This document shows, piece after piece, positions 29,731 to 39,496 of a DNA stretch of 64,000 nt. How positions within the stretch are numbered: the stretch's first letter is position 1; each line of letters opens with the position of its first letter. The stretch lies in contig OZ252220.1 of NCBI GenBank assembly GCA_965249135.1, forward strand, positions 1,664,001 through 1,728,000, in the 5' to 3' direction. The DNA comes from Alphaproteobacteria bacterium. Its GTDB lineage: Bacteria > Pseudomonadota > Alphaproteobacteria > GCA-2746255. The notes beneath the pieces were generated by a model that worked only from the letters and a program-made list of their open reading frames with translations, made no database searches and was not told the DNA's origin. The position numbers and the translations under genes were made by a program.

Positions 29731-30610
29731 TTTTCGTCAATCGAAATTGTGCTCCGAAAATCTGCAAATCATCCTTCGTGCGGTCTCGGAAATCCTCATG
29801 AAGTGAACTTCGCGACAAGGGGGACAAATCTCAGCGGTTCGTTTCCACTGTGTCGACTTTAAAACCTGCCTTGTCAAAGTGACGCAGCATGTCGGAGTAA
29901 CGCAGTCGGTTCGTATAAAATCCGCTGCGTCCAGCAAACCACGGCGCTTCCAAAAGATGTTTTGAAAACCGCAGGTTATGCAAAGAGCCTCCAAGATGAT
30001 CCTGAAAGTCAACAACATGGGAAGCCACGCCGCCCGGCTTCAGAATTCGGTAAAGTTCGCTGCAAATTTCTGAAAATGACTTAAGCGGCACATGTTCTAA
30101 GACGGCATGTGAAAATAGAAAATCCACATCTTCGGATCGAATCTTACTTAAACTTCCAAAGCCTTCATGGAGGTAAGTCGTGTGTGTGGCCAGTAGAATG
30201 GATTCGAGGTCAGGGTATTCGGTCAAGGGCGTAACGTTGCGGGAAGGTTCGTGTGTCGCAAGCTCCAGAAGGAGATCTCGATAGGTGTCCATCGAACACG
30301 GCGCCATAGGTTCCGTATCAACCAAGTAGCCGCCCCCGGCACCATGCGCCCAGGCGACGATGGCCGTGGCAATGGAATTGCCCGGGCCAAATTCGAGATA
30401 CCGAAAGCCATTGTCAAGCGTGTCTGCTTGCCGAAAATGTCGTTGGAAGACGGCAATCGCATAGGCGGGGGTTTGCATTGCCCCAGGCAAGAAAAGGCCG
30501 ACGCGACGCCAGGTCTGAGGGCTGAGAGCCAGCCGGCTCAGCACCAACTTTCCCGCAATTTTCATCCACCAAGGGACCGCTTTCTTAAAAGCGTTCGGCA
30601 ATTGACTCAA
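29723..30610 (-). pseudogene. SAM methyltransferase interrupted by one in-frame TGA (29831-29833); the frame continues 35 codons
   Basis: LEFGPG, FSHAVLEHV, LKPGG, DHLGG, YTNRLR; then ETNR*DLSPLSRSSLHEDFRDRTKDDLQIFGAQFRLTKNG*, whose stop overlaps the GT4 start. TTG 30610 has SD GGAGGG. Confidence 0.75.
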
Positions 30611-30738
30611 GGATCCCTCCCGATCCTGTAGATTAGTTTCGAAAAGCGGGGACTTTCCTATCGACAAGCTCCACTAGGCTATTTACCAAAAGCTCTCATG
30701 TATATCGAAATACACATCCACAGGATTTCCCCTGCAAG

Positions 30739-31953
30739 ATGAAGTGTACCGTGCTCATCGTCATTGGCGACTTGGATATCGGTGGTGCCGAGCGGCACCT
30801 GACCCAAATCCTTCCACGGCTTAACCACGAGCATCTCCGGGTAGTGGTCTACACACTCACCCACAAGGGAGCGCTAGCCCCAATACTGGAGCAGGCGGGA
30901 ATCCCCGTTATCGAATCGTGGGCAGGCTCGGTTATCCATCGATCGATTCCAAAATATTTTCGTAAGGGAATCATGGTTCCCTTGACCATCATACGTTTGA
31001 TAATCTATATGCGGCGGCTTCGGCCGGACGTCGTTCATTTCTTTCTTCCCATGGCCTATCTGATTGGTGGCATGTGCGCGGTGGTTTCGCAGATGCCATG
31101 CAGTGTAATGAGTCGACGCAGCCTTTCCATCTACCAGCAACACCATCCCTTTCTTGCACGGATGGAACGGTGGCTGCACCATTACATGCATGGGGTGCTT
31201 GGCAATTCGGAAGCGGTGCTCAATGAACTTCGGAAGGAAGACGTTCCGGAAAAAAAGCTTGGTCTCATTTACAATGGAATCGATCTTTCCTTTTTTGTGA
31301 AGGAAACCATACGGAAGGAGTTGCTACCTGCTCACAATGTCAATGACGATACGCTCGTTTTCGTTATCGTTGCCAACCTAATTTATTACAAAGGGCATGA
31401 GAATCTCCTGCGTGCCTTAGGCCGGATCCGAGGGCAGTTGCCGAAAGACTGGATATTGCTTTGTGTCGGTCGCGACGATGGCATTGGCGATGAGCTTATG
31501 ATTCATGCGCGAGAAAACCATATCTCCCGGAACGTACGCTGGCTGGGGCCGCGGTCGGACACGCCCCAGCTTTTGATGGCTTCCGACATCGGAATTCTTT
31601 GTTCGGATCAGGAAGGGTTTTCGAACAGCATTCTCGAAGGAATGGCGGCGGGGCTGCCGATGGTTGTCACGGATGTCGGTGGCAACACGGAAGCCGTTAT
31701 AGACGGCAAAACCGGCTTCGTGGCACCGCCACAGAATCCCGAGTGCCTTGCCGAGGCCATCTTGAAGCTTGTGAAAGATCCGGCGCTCTGTCGGCAGATG
31801 GGAGAAGCCGGCCGGGAAAGGGTCAGGAGCCGGTTTTCCATTGAGGCCAGTGCGCGGGCCTATGAACGGCTCTATACCGGACTCATCGAGCACGAAGCGT
31901 TGCCCGTTCGAGAGCTTACGCAAAGCGGGAATCAGCAAGATGAACGCATTTAG
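30739..31953 (+). CDS. GT4 glycosyltransferase
   Basis: GGAERH, IYNGID, KGHENL, EGFSNSILEGMAAGLP, DVGGNTE. Confidence 0.92.
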   Translation: MKCTVLIVIGDLDIGGAERHLTQILPRLNHEHLRVVVYTLTHKGALAPILEQAGIPVIESWAGSVIHRSIPKYFRKGIMVPLTIIRLIIYMRRLRPDVVHFFLPMAYLIGGMCAVVSQMPCSVMSRRSLSIYQQHHPFLARMERWLHHYMHGVLGNSEAVLNELRKEDVPEKKLGLIYNGIDLSFFVKETIRKELLPAHNVNDDTLVFVIVANLIYYKGHENLLRALGRIRGQLPKDWILLCVGRDDGIGDELMIHARENHISRNVRWLGPRSDTPQLLMASDIGILCSDQEGFSNSILEGMAAGLPMVVTDVGGNTEAVIDGKTGFVAPPQNPECLAEAILKLVKDPALCRQMGEAGRERVRSRFSIEASARAYERLYTGLIEHEALPVRELTQSGNQQDERI

Positions 31954-32041
31954 GCTTCTCGGCCATCCATTGGCTTGAAGGGCGCAGGCTTGTTTCGTCC
32001 TTTACCGATGGGCAAGCAAAATGAACATGAAGGTTGATTGA

Positions 32042-33988
32042 ATGTGTGGGATAGCGGGCTTCGTCGATCTTTCCCGCAGGACGCCCGCCGATCGTTTGGC
32101 GGCGACGGTTCGGCGAATGGCGCTATCCCTTCGCCACCGCGGCCCCGATGATGAGGGCGCCTGGATCGAAGCCGAGGCCGGCGTGGCCCTTGGCCACCGG
32201 CGGTTGTCGATTCTGGATCTTTCACCGGCCGGCCATCAGCCGATGGAATCCAAAAACGGGCGCTACATCCTCTCTTATAACGGCGAAGTCTATAATTTTT
32301 CGGAACTCCGCGCTGAACTCGAGGGAAAGGGCGTCGTTTTCCGTGGCCACTGCGATACGGAAGTCATCGTCGAAGCCATCGCAACCTGGGGAATTACCGC
32401 CACGCTTCCGCGCCTCATCGGAATGTTTGCTTTTGCGATTTGGGATCGCGAGACGCGCACCCTTACCCTAGCGCGCGATCGGATGGGAATTAAACCACTC
32501 TACTGGGCGCACCAGGAAAACCTGTTTCTTTTCGCATCCGAGTTGAAGGCCTTCTATGCTCACCCAGACTTCCGGGTGGAGGTAAATCGTGATTCGCTTA
32601 CTTCTTTTCTGCGTCACAATTATATCCCTGCCCCACACAGCATTTACCACAATACCTTCAAGCTAATGCCGGGGACGATGTTGACGCTTCGTTCGGGTGG
32701 AAAGCCGGAGCTTTCCACTTGGTGGAATCTTCGTGAAATTGCTGGAAAGACGCTGCAAGCGCGTCCCGAGTGGGAGGAAGAGGAAGCGCTCGATGCACTG
32801 GATACGCTTCTTAGGGATGCGGTGAAGCGTCGGATGGTTGCCGACGTTCCCCTCGGTGCTTTTCTTTCGGGCGGCATCGATTCCTCGACCATTACCGCCC
32901 TTATGCAGGCGCAGAGCGAAAGGCCGATTCGAACCTTTACAATTGGCTTCCACGAGGAGGCATACAACGAAGCGGGGAATGCCAAGAAAGTTGCCGAGCA
33001 TCTGGGAACCGAGCATACGGAACTCTATGTGGAGCCCCGTGATGCGCTTGATGTCATCCCGAAGCTTCCTCTGATCTACGACGAGCCCTTCGCCGATTCT
33101 TCACAAATTCCTACTTTCCTGGTTTCCGAACTGACCCGAAATCATGTGACGGTTGCCCTTTCCGGAGATGGGGGCGATGAGCTTTTTGCAGGCTACAATC
33201 GCTATTTTTGGGCGGAGGCCCTTTGGCGAAAACTGCAACTCCTGCCGAAGCCTGCACGAAGAGGAATGGCGATGATCCTCCACGCCCTTCCGCCGGCACA
33301 CTGGGATCGGATTTTTGGGATCGTGCCGTCCCGTCTTCGCCCGCGTCTTGCGGGGGATAAGCTTCACAAATTAGCCGACTTGTTTGCGCTTTCGGATCGT
33401 GACGCGCTTTACCGTAAATTGCTTACCCATTGGGATGCACCGGCTTCTCTCGTACATGGTGGGAAGGAACCGACCGGCATTCTCTGGGACACGGACCTGG
33501 CGAATGAGTTTCCGGATTTTACGGAGCGCATGCAGTTTCTTGATTCCGTCACCTACCTTCCGGACGACATCCTAACGAAGGTGGATCGTGCCAGCATGCA
33601 GGTCGGTTTGGAGGCGCGCGTTCCCTTGCTTGATCATCGTGTCGTTGAATTTGTCTGGCGGCTGCCGGGGACCATGAAAGTCCGCAAGGGCAAAGGAAAG
33701 TGGCTGCTGCGTCAGATTCTTGACCGCTACGTTCCGAAGGCACTGGTCGAACGGCCGAAAATGGGGTTCGGCGTACCGATCGATTCTTGGCTTCGCGGAC
33801 CCCTGAGGGACTGGGGAGAAACCTTGCTGGCGGAACGTCGCTTGCGAGAAGAGGGGTTCTTCAAGCCTGAGCCCATTCGTAGGAAGTGGCAGGAACATCT
33901 TAGCGGCAAGCGAAACTGGCAGTACCTTCTTTGGGACGTGCTGATGTTTCAGGCTTGGCTCGAACACACGGGCGCATCACGTAGATGA
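32042..33988 (+). CDS. asnB: Asparagine synthase (glutamine-hydrolysing) family amidotransferase
   Basis: MCGIAG, HRGPDD, GHRRLSI, NGEVYN, LSGGIDSS, SGDGGDE, KVDRASM; glycan-cluster context. Confidence 0.93.
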   Translation: MCGIAGFVDLSRRTPADRLAATVRRMALSLRHRGPDDEGAWIEAEAGVALGHRRLSILDLSPAGHQPMESKNGRYILSYNGEVYNFSELRAELEGKGVVFRGHCDTEVIVEAIATWGITATLPRLIGMFAFAIWDRETRTLTLARDRMGIKPLYWAHQENLFLFASELKAFYAHPDFRVEVNRDSLTSFLRHNYIPAPHSIYHNTFKLMPGTMLTLRSGGKPELSTWWNLREIAGKTLQARPEWEEEEALDALDTLLRDAVKRRMVADVPLGAFLSGGIDSSTITALMQAQSERPIRTFTIGFHEEAYNEAGNAKKVAEHLGTEHTELYVEPRDALDVIPKLPLIYDEPFADSSQIPTFLVSELTRNHVTVALSGDGGDELFAGYNRYFWAEALWRKLQLLPKPARRGMAMILHALPPAHWDRIFGIVPSRLRPRLAGDKLHKLADLFALSDRDALYRKLLTHWDAPASLVHGGKEPTGILWDTDLANEFPDFTERMQFLDSVTYLPDDILTKVDRASMQVGLEARVPLLDHRVVEFVWRLPGTMKVRKGKGKWLLRQILDRYVPKALVERPKMGFGVPIDSWLRGPLRDWGETLLAERRLREEGFFKPEPIRRKWQEHLSGKRNWQYLLWDVLMFQAWLEHTGASRR

Positions 33989-34048
33989 ACATGGCGACGA
34001 AGGCGCCGAGTGGACGGCCGTTCGTTCGGCTGAAGGACGTGGTTTAAG

Positions 34049-34780
34049 TCAGAATTTCTCTGCCCAAGGGCGCAGATCCACTTCCAGTGACCAAGCACTC
34101 CGGTGTTGGCGGTAAAGCTGAAGGTAGGTCTCGGCAATGGCATCGGGATGAAGAACGGAATCCGGGCCCCGCTCATCCTCCCGGTAGCCTTCCCGGTCCG
34201 CCCGGATTTGTCCGTCGATGACGACATGGGCGACGTGGATTCCTTGCGGGCCCAACTCCCGTGCCATGCTTTGGGCCAGCGCCCGAAGCCCAAATTTGCC
34301 CACGGCCAAGTTATGAAACAAGGCACCTCCCCGAAGGCTTGCCGTCGCACCGGTGAAAAGAATGGTGCCCCGTGGGCCTTCGTTTCCCTGATCTTTCAAC
34401 ATTCGCTTCGCCGCCTCCCGGCCAACCAGGAACCCACCCAGGCAACCGATCCTCCAGCAACGCTCGAACTCTTCGCTCTCGGTCTCGAGGATGCTCTTTC
34501 TCACGAAGGCGCCGGCGTTAAAGATGACGCAATCCGGCTCTCCGAAATCGCTCGCAACCGAGTCGAAAAGTTGCACCACCTGCTTCTCATCCGTCGTATC
34601 GCAGGCATAGGCCTTTCCCGGCCCGCCCAGCCCTGCCAACTCACCCGCAAGCGGTGCGATACGATCCTCGCGCCGCGCGGCCAGGGCGACACGAAAGCCT
34701 TCGCGCGCGAAGCGCCGCCCAAGGGCGGCGCCAAGTCCGGGACCAACGCCAATGACGACGGCGATTTTTCCTTCGACCAT
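34049..34780 (-). CDS. Short-chain dehydrogenase/reductase
   Basis: GVGPGLG, FNAG, FTGATASLRG, KFGLRALAQSMARE, HVVIDG, DLRPW. Confidence 0.9.
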   Translation of the reverse strand: MVEGKIAVVIGVGPGLGAALGRRFAREGFRVALAARREDRIAPLAGELAGLGGPGKAYACDTTDEKQVVQLFDSVASDFGEPDCVIFNAGAFVRKSILETESEEFERCWRIGCLGGFLVGREAAKRMLKDQGNEGPRGTILFTGATASLRGGALFHNLAVGKFGLRALAQSMARELGPQGIHVAHVVIDGQIRADREGYREDERGPDSVLHPDAIAETYLQLYRQHRSAWSLEVDLRPWAEKF

Positions 34781-34933
34781 GGTGACCCTCCCTTTGCTCT
34801 CTGACCCGGTCTTGCGTGTTTTTGAGTCTAGCCTCGTGGGAAGCCCTAGGCCATGCATCCGGATCGCTTGGGAAAAAGATGAAAGATGGGGTAAGCTTGG
34901 GAACGGGGGATATTCTGGGAAGGAGCGTGCAAA

Positions 34934-35137
34934 ATGAGCAACAGCATGAAGGGCTTGGCCCTTATCGTCATCGGCGTGCTCGTCAATAATGTTAGCTACC
35001 TTTATGACCTCATCATCGATGCCCATGAAGGCTGGATCTTCCTTGGGGTGAAGGCGCAGGCGGGTGCCGCCCTTGGCATCGTTGCGGTCGTTATTGGGCT
35101 TTTCCTGATTTGGCAGGAATCGCAGAAGACTGCCTAG
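34934..35137 (+). CDS. Small two-TM membrane protein (67 aa)
   Basis: SD AAGGAG, ATG start, two hydrophobic helices. Confidence 0.7.
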   Translation: MSNSMKGLALIVIGVLVNNVSYLYDLIIDAHEGWIFLGVKAQAGAALGIVAVVIGLFLIWQESQKTA

Positions 35138-35230
35138 AGGGCAAAGGAAGAAGGCGTTCGTCTGAGAGCGGTTTCGGCTTTTAGACTTAAGGTCAAGCGG
35201 GATGGCTGTCTTTGCCGGCGGCCTGCTCGG

Positions 35231-35554
35231 TTAGCCGGATGTGGGCAAATCGTAACTCTCCATGCATAGGGCGTAAGTTCGGTTGAATGCCTGTCGCGCC
35301 CGGATGCCCAGATCTCTTTCGGCTTTCCGTAGCTTCCGTTCTTCCCTGACGAAGCGAAGACGCTCTTCTTGCGCTTTCATTATACAATAGGCGGCGACTT
35401 GGTCCCGATATTCCTCGTCGGATGGGGTGACTTGCGTACCGGATGGGGTGGCTTCCATCGATTCGCACGCCGTAAGAAGCGAAAACGCGAGCAGAATTCC
35501 CAGAGCGCAGCCCAACATTCGGGAGCCTGGAAAAAACGGTTGTTTTCTGGTCAT
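35231..35554 (-). CDS. Hypothetical lipoprotein
   Basis: Hydrophobic stretch ending in lipobox LTAC; two further Cys in a helical body. Confidence 0.6.
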   Translation of the reverse strand: MTRKQPFFPGSRMLGCALGILLAFSLLTACESMEATPSGTQVTPSDEEYRDQVAAYCIMKAQEERLRFVREERKLRKAERDLGIRARQAFNRTYALCMESYDLPTSG

Positions 35555-35804
35555 GGCGGTGGGATGATTTCAGTGGTTGGTTTTTAAGGATTAGGAATAT
35601 GAAAGGCGTTTCTGTCAACTCACCTCCGATCTTGTGTGGGTTATTTCCTTATTCGTGAAGGCTGCAAAACGATCTTTTTTTCGCCCCGGCGGCTCCGTTC
35701 CTTACTTCCTTAAGTTCACGGAATTTTGTCCTTTAAATCGGCAAGATACACGCCATCTCGCCAGTCATGGAGGAGGGTTTGTGTGAAGGCGATTGGAGAG
35801 GGCC

Positions 35805-36932
35805 ATGCACGCGAAGCTTGAGCACATGGAGCAATACGAGCCGAAAACGTTAGATTGTCACGTGCGGGATGTGACCGACGCAGCTCGCGTCTTTTCCGAT
35901 TTCGATGGCCACGAACGCGTGCTGGTGGCGAAGGGTCCGGCGAGCGGTTTGCATGCCGTGATCGCCATTCATGACCGAACGCTGGGTCCCGCCCTTGGCG
36001 GATGCCGGATGTGGGCCTACGCTTCGGAGGAAGCGGCGGTCACGGATGCGCTTCGTCTTTCCCGTAGCATGACGTTCAAGGCGGCCCTGGCGGGCTTACC
36101 CCTTGGCGGTGGCAAGGCGATCCTGATCGGCGATCCGAAACGCGAGAAGACGGAAACCCCCTTCCGTTCCTTTGGACGCTTCGTGGAGGCGCTCCAGGGC
36201 CACTACATCACGGCGGAAGACGTCGGCACCTCCGTTCGCGAGATGGACTGGGTGGCGATGGAGACGGCCCACGTCACCGGTTCCAGCCAGACCGGCGGCA
36301 ATCCATCCCCGATGACGGCCCTTGGCGTCTTCTTGGGCATGAAAATCGCGGCACGGCATCGCCTGGGCCGAGAGAGCCTTGCGCGGCTCAAAGTTTCCGT
36401 GCAGGGGCTTGGCTATGTGGGCTACGCGCTTTGCAAGCTGCTTCACCGGGAGGGCGCCTTGCTCGTCGCCACCGATCCGGATGCCGAGGCCTGTGCGCGT
36501 GCCGCCCGTGATCTCGACGCCGAAATCGTTGAGCCGGATGCGATTCATGAAACGGAGACGGACGTCTTTGCCCCATGCGCCCTTGGCGCCATCTTACGGG
36601 ACGAAACGATCCCGAAGCTTCGTTGCAAGGTCGTGGCGGGTTCCGCCAACAATCAATTACAGGCGGATCGCCACGGCGAAGCCCTTCGTGCACGCGGCAT
36701 CCTCTATGCGCCGGACTATGTCGTCAATGTTGGCGGGCTGATGTATGTGGCGGCGGGGGTGCTGGCCGGGCCGCTCGGTCGCGACATCAAGACGGCGATT
36801 GAGCAAGCGATCAAGATCCTCGACGAAATCTTCACGCGGGCCGAACGGGAAGGGAAGGCAACGAATGTGATTGCCGATCGCGTCGCCCGAGAACGGCTGG
36901 CCAGGGCCAGGGCCGCTCCCGACGGCCTTTAA
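35805..36932 (+). CDS. Leu/Val/Phe dehydrogenase (ELFV family)
   Basis: LGPALGGCR, MTFK, GGGK, AEDVGT, GNPSPMTA, APCALG, GSANNQL, YAPDY. Confidence 0.92.
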   Translation: MHAKLEHMEQYEPKTLDCHVRDVTDAARVFSDFDGHERVLVAKGPASGLHAVIAIHDRTLGPALGGCRMWAYASEEAAVTDALRLSRSMTFKAALAGLPLGGGKAILIGDPKREKTETPFRSFGRFVEALQGHYITAEDVGTSVREMDWVAMETAHVTGSSQTGGNPSPMTALGVFLGMKIAARHRLGRESLARLKVSVQGLGYVGYALCKLLHREGALLVATDPDAEACARAARDLDAEIVEPDAIHETETDVFAPCALGAILRDETIPKLRCKVVAGSANNQLQADRHGEALRARGILYAPDYVVNVGGLMYVAAGVLAGPLGRDIKTAIEQAIKILDEIFTRAEREGKATNVIADRVARERLARARAAPDGL

Positions 36933-37032
36933 GCATCTAAAAGCTGGCGTCCCCGGCGGGATTCGAACCCACGACCCCGAGATTAGGAATCTCGTGCTCT
37001 ATCCTGCTGAGCTACGGGGACTTAAGCATCTA
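36929..37032. repeat. 11-bp direct repeat flanking tRNA-Arg(CCT)
   Basis: TTAAGCATCTA at 36929-36939 and 37022-37032. Confidence 0.85.
36945..37021 (-). tRNA. tRNA-Arg (CCT)
   Basis: 77-nt cloverleaf GTCCCCGTAGCTCAGCAGGATAGAGC...TTCCTAA...GGTTCGAATCC...GGGGACGCCA. Confidence 0.97.
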
Positions 37033-37085
37033 TAGCAGCGCGAAGGCTTCGAAAAAGCAATGGGCCTGTTCGGCCTGTTTCGCGG

Positions 37086-37631
37086 CTACCAATGGCGGAT
37101 GAAGCGAGCGACCGGGACCGCGTAGAAAAGGACGATCGATTCCTCGCCCGGGTTGCGGTTGCCGACGGACGCGTTCGAGAGGTGGAAGAGGCCGGCGCTA
37201 AGCCGCGAGCGGTCGTTGAACCGGTAGCCAAGCTCAAGTCCTGAGCGAAACTCGAGGATGCTGCCCAGGTCCTTGCCGCTGCCTTCCTCGTAGAGCCCGA
37301 TGGCGGTGCTGGGGCTTAGGACCCAGCGGCGCCCGAAGAAGAGATCGATCCGAAGGCCCGCATAGCCGTAAATGGCACCGTCCGTCGACACCATGAGGCC
37401 GCCATGGGGCTTGAAGATCCAGAGCCGCCGGTTCGAGCGGTATTCGAAGTTGAACTGCCCCGCCGTGTCGTCGTCGAGGGCATCGAAGGCGCCCAAGCCA
37501 AGGGCGATGAAGGTGGGTTCGCGATCGACGACCTCGAGGACCTGGGCCCTTCCCTCGCGAGGGCCGAGCAGCCAGAAGCTGGCCAGCAGGAGGACGAGGC
37601 CAAACGGTCGAAAGGCGAGCAAGGCGCGCAT
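37086..37631 (-). CDS. PagL-like lipid A 3-O-deacylase (acyloxyacyl hydrolase family) beta-barrel
   Basis: Signal peptide; GKDLG..LEFRS..E, HLSNA, NPGEE. Confidence 0.82.
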   Translation of the reverse strand: MRALLAFRPFGLVLLLASFWLLGPREGRAQVLEVVDREPTFIALGLGAFDALDDDTAGQFNFEYRSNRRLWIFKPHGGLMVSTDGAIYGYAGLRIDLFFGRRWVLSPSTAIGLYEEGSGKDLGSILEFRSGLELGYRFNDRSRLSAGLFHLSNASVGNRNPGEESIVLFYAVPVARFIRHW

Positions 37632-37888
37632 GTGGTTCCCACCCCGGGACAAGTTTTTCGGGATTGTTTCGGGAACCGGAGGCATACGCAAGCCTTTTGC
37701 GGCGGCCTCTTAACCACGGTCCGCAAACGTCTCTGTCGACTGAACGAGCGCCTTGAGGATACCGGGCTCTTGGGCGATGTGGCCCGCCTTTTCCACCACC
37801 CGGCAGGCGGCGCCGGGCCAAGGATCGGCAGGCGCGACGGTCGTGTGAGCCGGGCGGAATAAAGCCGTTCGCTTGCTATACTGTCTGG

Positions 37889-38680
37889 ATGGTGCCACGC
37901 CTTTCCTTTCTTTTCCTGCTTTTCTTCCTTTCCGGTCCCCTTTCGGTCGCTTCCGCAGAACAAGCCGGTACACAGGGCGTCGTCCGCGAGGTCGTGGATG
38001 GAGACACGCTCGTCCTTGAAAACGGTGATGCCGTTCGGTTGGTCGGGATTCAATCCCCGAAGCTACCGCTGGGCCGGGCAAATTTTCAGGCTCAGCCGCT
38101 GGCGGAAGAAGCAAAGGCGGTGCTTGGCAAGCTCGTCCTTGGAAAGGAAGTGGTTTTACGTTTTTCTGGCCGCCGTGAGGATCGTCACGGACGTCACCTC
38201 GCCCACCTTTTCATTGGCGATGGAAAAAGGGGCGACGGACAATGGATCCAGGGCGCGATGCTGGAACGTGGCCTCGCCCGTGTTTACAGCTTTGCCGACA
38301 ACCGGACGCACATTCCTAAGATGTTGGCGCTTGAGCGCAACGCGCGAAAGCAAAAGCGCGGCATATGGGCGCATCCATTTTACCGGGTGCTGGATCCGGA
38401 GGCAACGCTTGCGCGTCTCAACCGCTTCGAACTCGTCGAGGGCAGGGTGCAAAAGGCATCCGTCGTGAAGGGCCGCGGCTATCTAAATTTCGGGAAGGAT
38501 TGGCGAGACGACTTCACGATCTTCGTTTCGCGGAAAGTGCGCCGCCTCTTCGAGCGCGAAGGAATCGATATCACGGCCTATACCGGCAAGCGCGTTCGTG
38601 TGCGCGGGTGGGTGACACGCTTTAACGGTCCGATGATCGAAGCGACGCATCCCGAACAGATCGAGGTGCTGGCCGAATGA
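37889..38680 (+). CDS. Exported thermonuclease (SNase) family protein
   Basis: Signal peptide; VVDGDTL, VRLVGI, DRHGRHLA, GLARV, ARKQKRGIW; extra C-terminal domain. Confidence 0.9.
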   Translation: MVPRLSFLFLLFFLSGPLSVASAEQAGTQGVVREVVDGDTLVLENGDAVRLVGIQSPKLPLGRANFQAQPLAEEAKAVLGKLVLGKEVVLRFSGRREDRHGRHLAHLFIGDGKRGDGQWIQGAMLERGLARVYSFADNRTHIPKMLALERNARKQKRGIWAHPFYRVLDPEATLARLNRFELVEGRVQKASVVKGRGYLNFGKDWRDDFTIFVSRKVRRLFEREGIDITAYTGKRVRVRGWVTRFNGPMIEATHPEQIEVLAE

Positions 38681-38764
38681 TTAACCTCCGGCCTGGTCTT
38701 GACCGGGGGTTGGAGAAATGGTGATTTTGAAAAGCGGGCGTACGGGAGGAGCCGCAATGACGCC

Positions 38765-39292
38765 TTAGGCGACGACCTGCAGATTATCCTCGATCTTCCG
38801 TGTGGCTCCCGCTTCGTCCAGATTCTCAACGGCCGCTACCTCTCGGGACAGCCGTTCGAAGGCGAGTTCATAAATCTGGCGCTCGCTGTAGGACTGATCC
38901 GGTTGGCCGACGTTGCGATGGAGGTCGCGAAGGACCTCTGCGATCGAAGTCGGATCGCCGGAATTGATCTTCATTTCGTATTCCTGCGCGCGCCGGCTCC
39001 ACATCGTACGACGGATGCGTGCCTTGCCACGCAGGATCCGAAGCGCGCCCCGGATTTCCTCACGGCTTGAGAGCTTGCGAAGGCCGGAGTCTTCCGCCTT
39101 TGCGACCGGCACGCGAAGCGTCATCTTTTCCTTTGGGAACTTGATGACGAAGACCTTCAGCTTGATCTCGGCGATTGCCTGATTCTCGACAGCCGTAATC
39201 TTGCCGACGCCATGGGCCGGGTAGACGACGAAGTCGCCCTTCCCATAGGCGCGTGTCTTCCGTTTCGATTTTGCGCGTACTTTTCTTGCCAT
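38765..39292 (-). CDS. carD: CarD family transcriptional regulator
   Basis: VVYPAHGVG, LRVP, MWSRRAQEY, KINSG, QSYSERQIYE. Confidence 0.95.
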   Translation of the reverse strand: MARKVRAKSKRKTRAYGKGDFVVYPAHGVGKITAVENQAIAEIKLKVFVIKFPKEKMTLRVPVAKAEDSGLRKLSSREEIRGALRILRGKARIRRTMWSRRAQEYEMKINSGDPTSIAEVLRDLHRNVGQPDQSYSERQIYELAFERLSREVAAVENLDEAGATRKIEDNLQVVA

Positions 39293-39496
39293 TCCGATCC
39301 TTTTCCTCGGTCGGCTCCCATTTAGGGCGAACGAAACCCCGGAATCGCGGTCTTCGAACCGCACCCGGGGCCAGAAGTCTTTGGAATGCAACAGAATAGC
39401 ACAAAATTCGGCAAAAGGACAGTCGCCTTGCCGTTCCGTGGATTCTGTTATAAAAATCAGTGACTTAATGTTTTCCGGGTAGCCGTCCCGGCACGC

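Noticed and set aside
29790-29833. Selenocysteine or TGA=Trp recoding at the methyltransferase stop
   Set aside because: The downstream hairpin (GAAG-TTCA-CTTC) is weak and has no loop G, the residue is probably Trp rather than Cys, and many genes here end normally in TGA.
21854-36945. Integrative island inserted at tRNA-Arg(CCT)
   Set aside because: No integrase, and no duplicated tRNA 3' end found at the tkt-side boundary.
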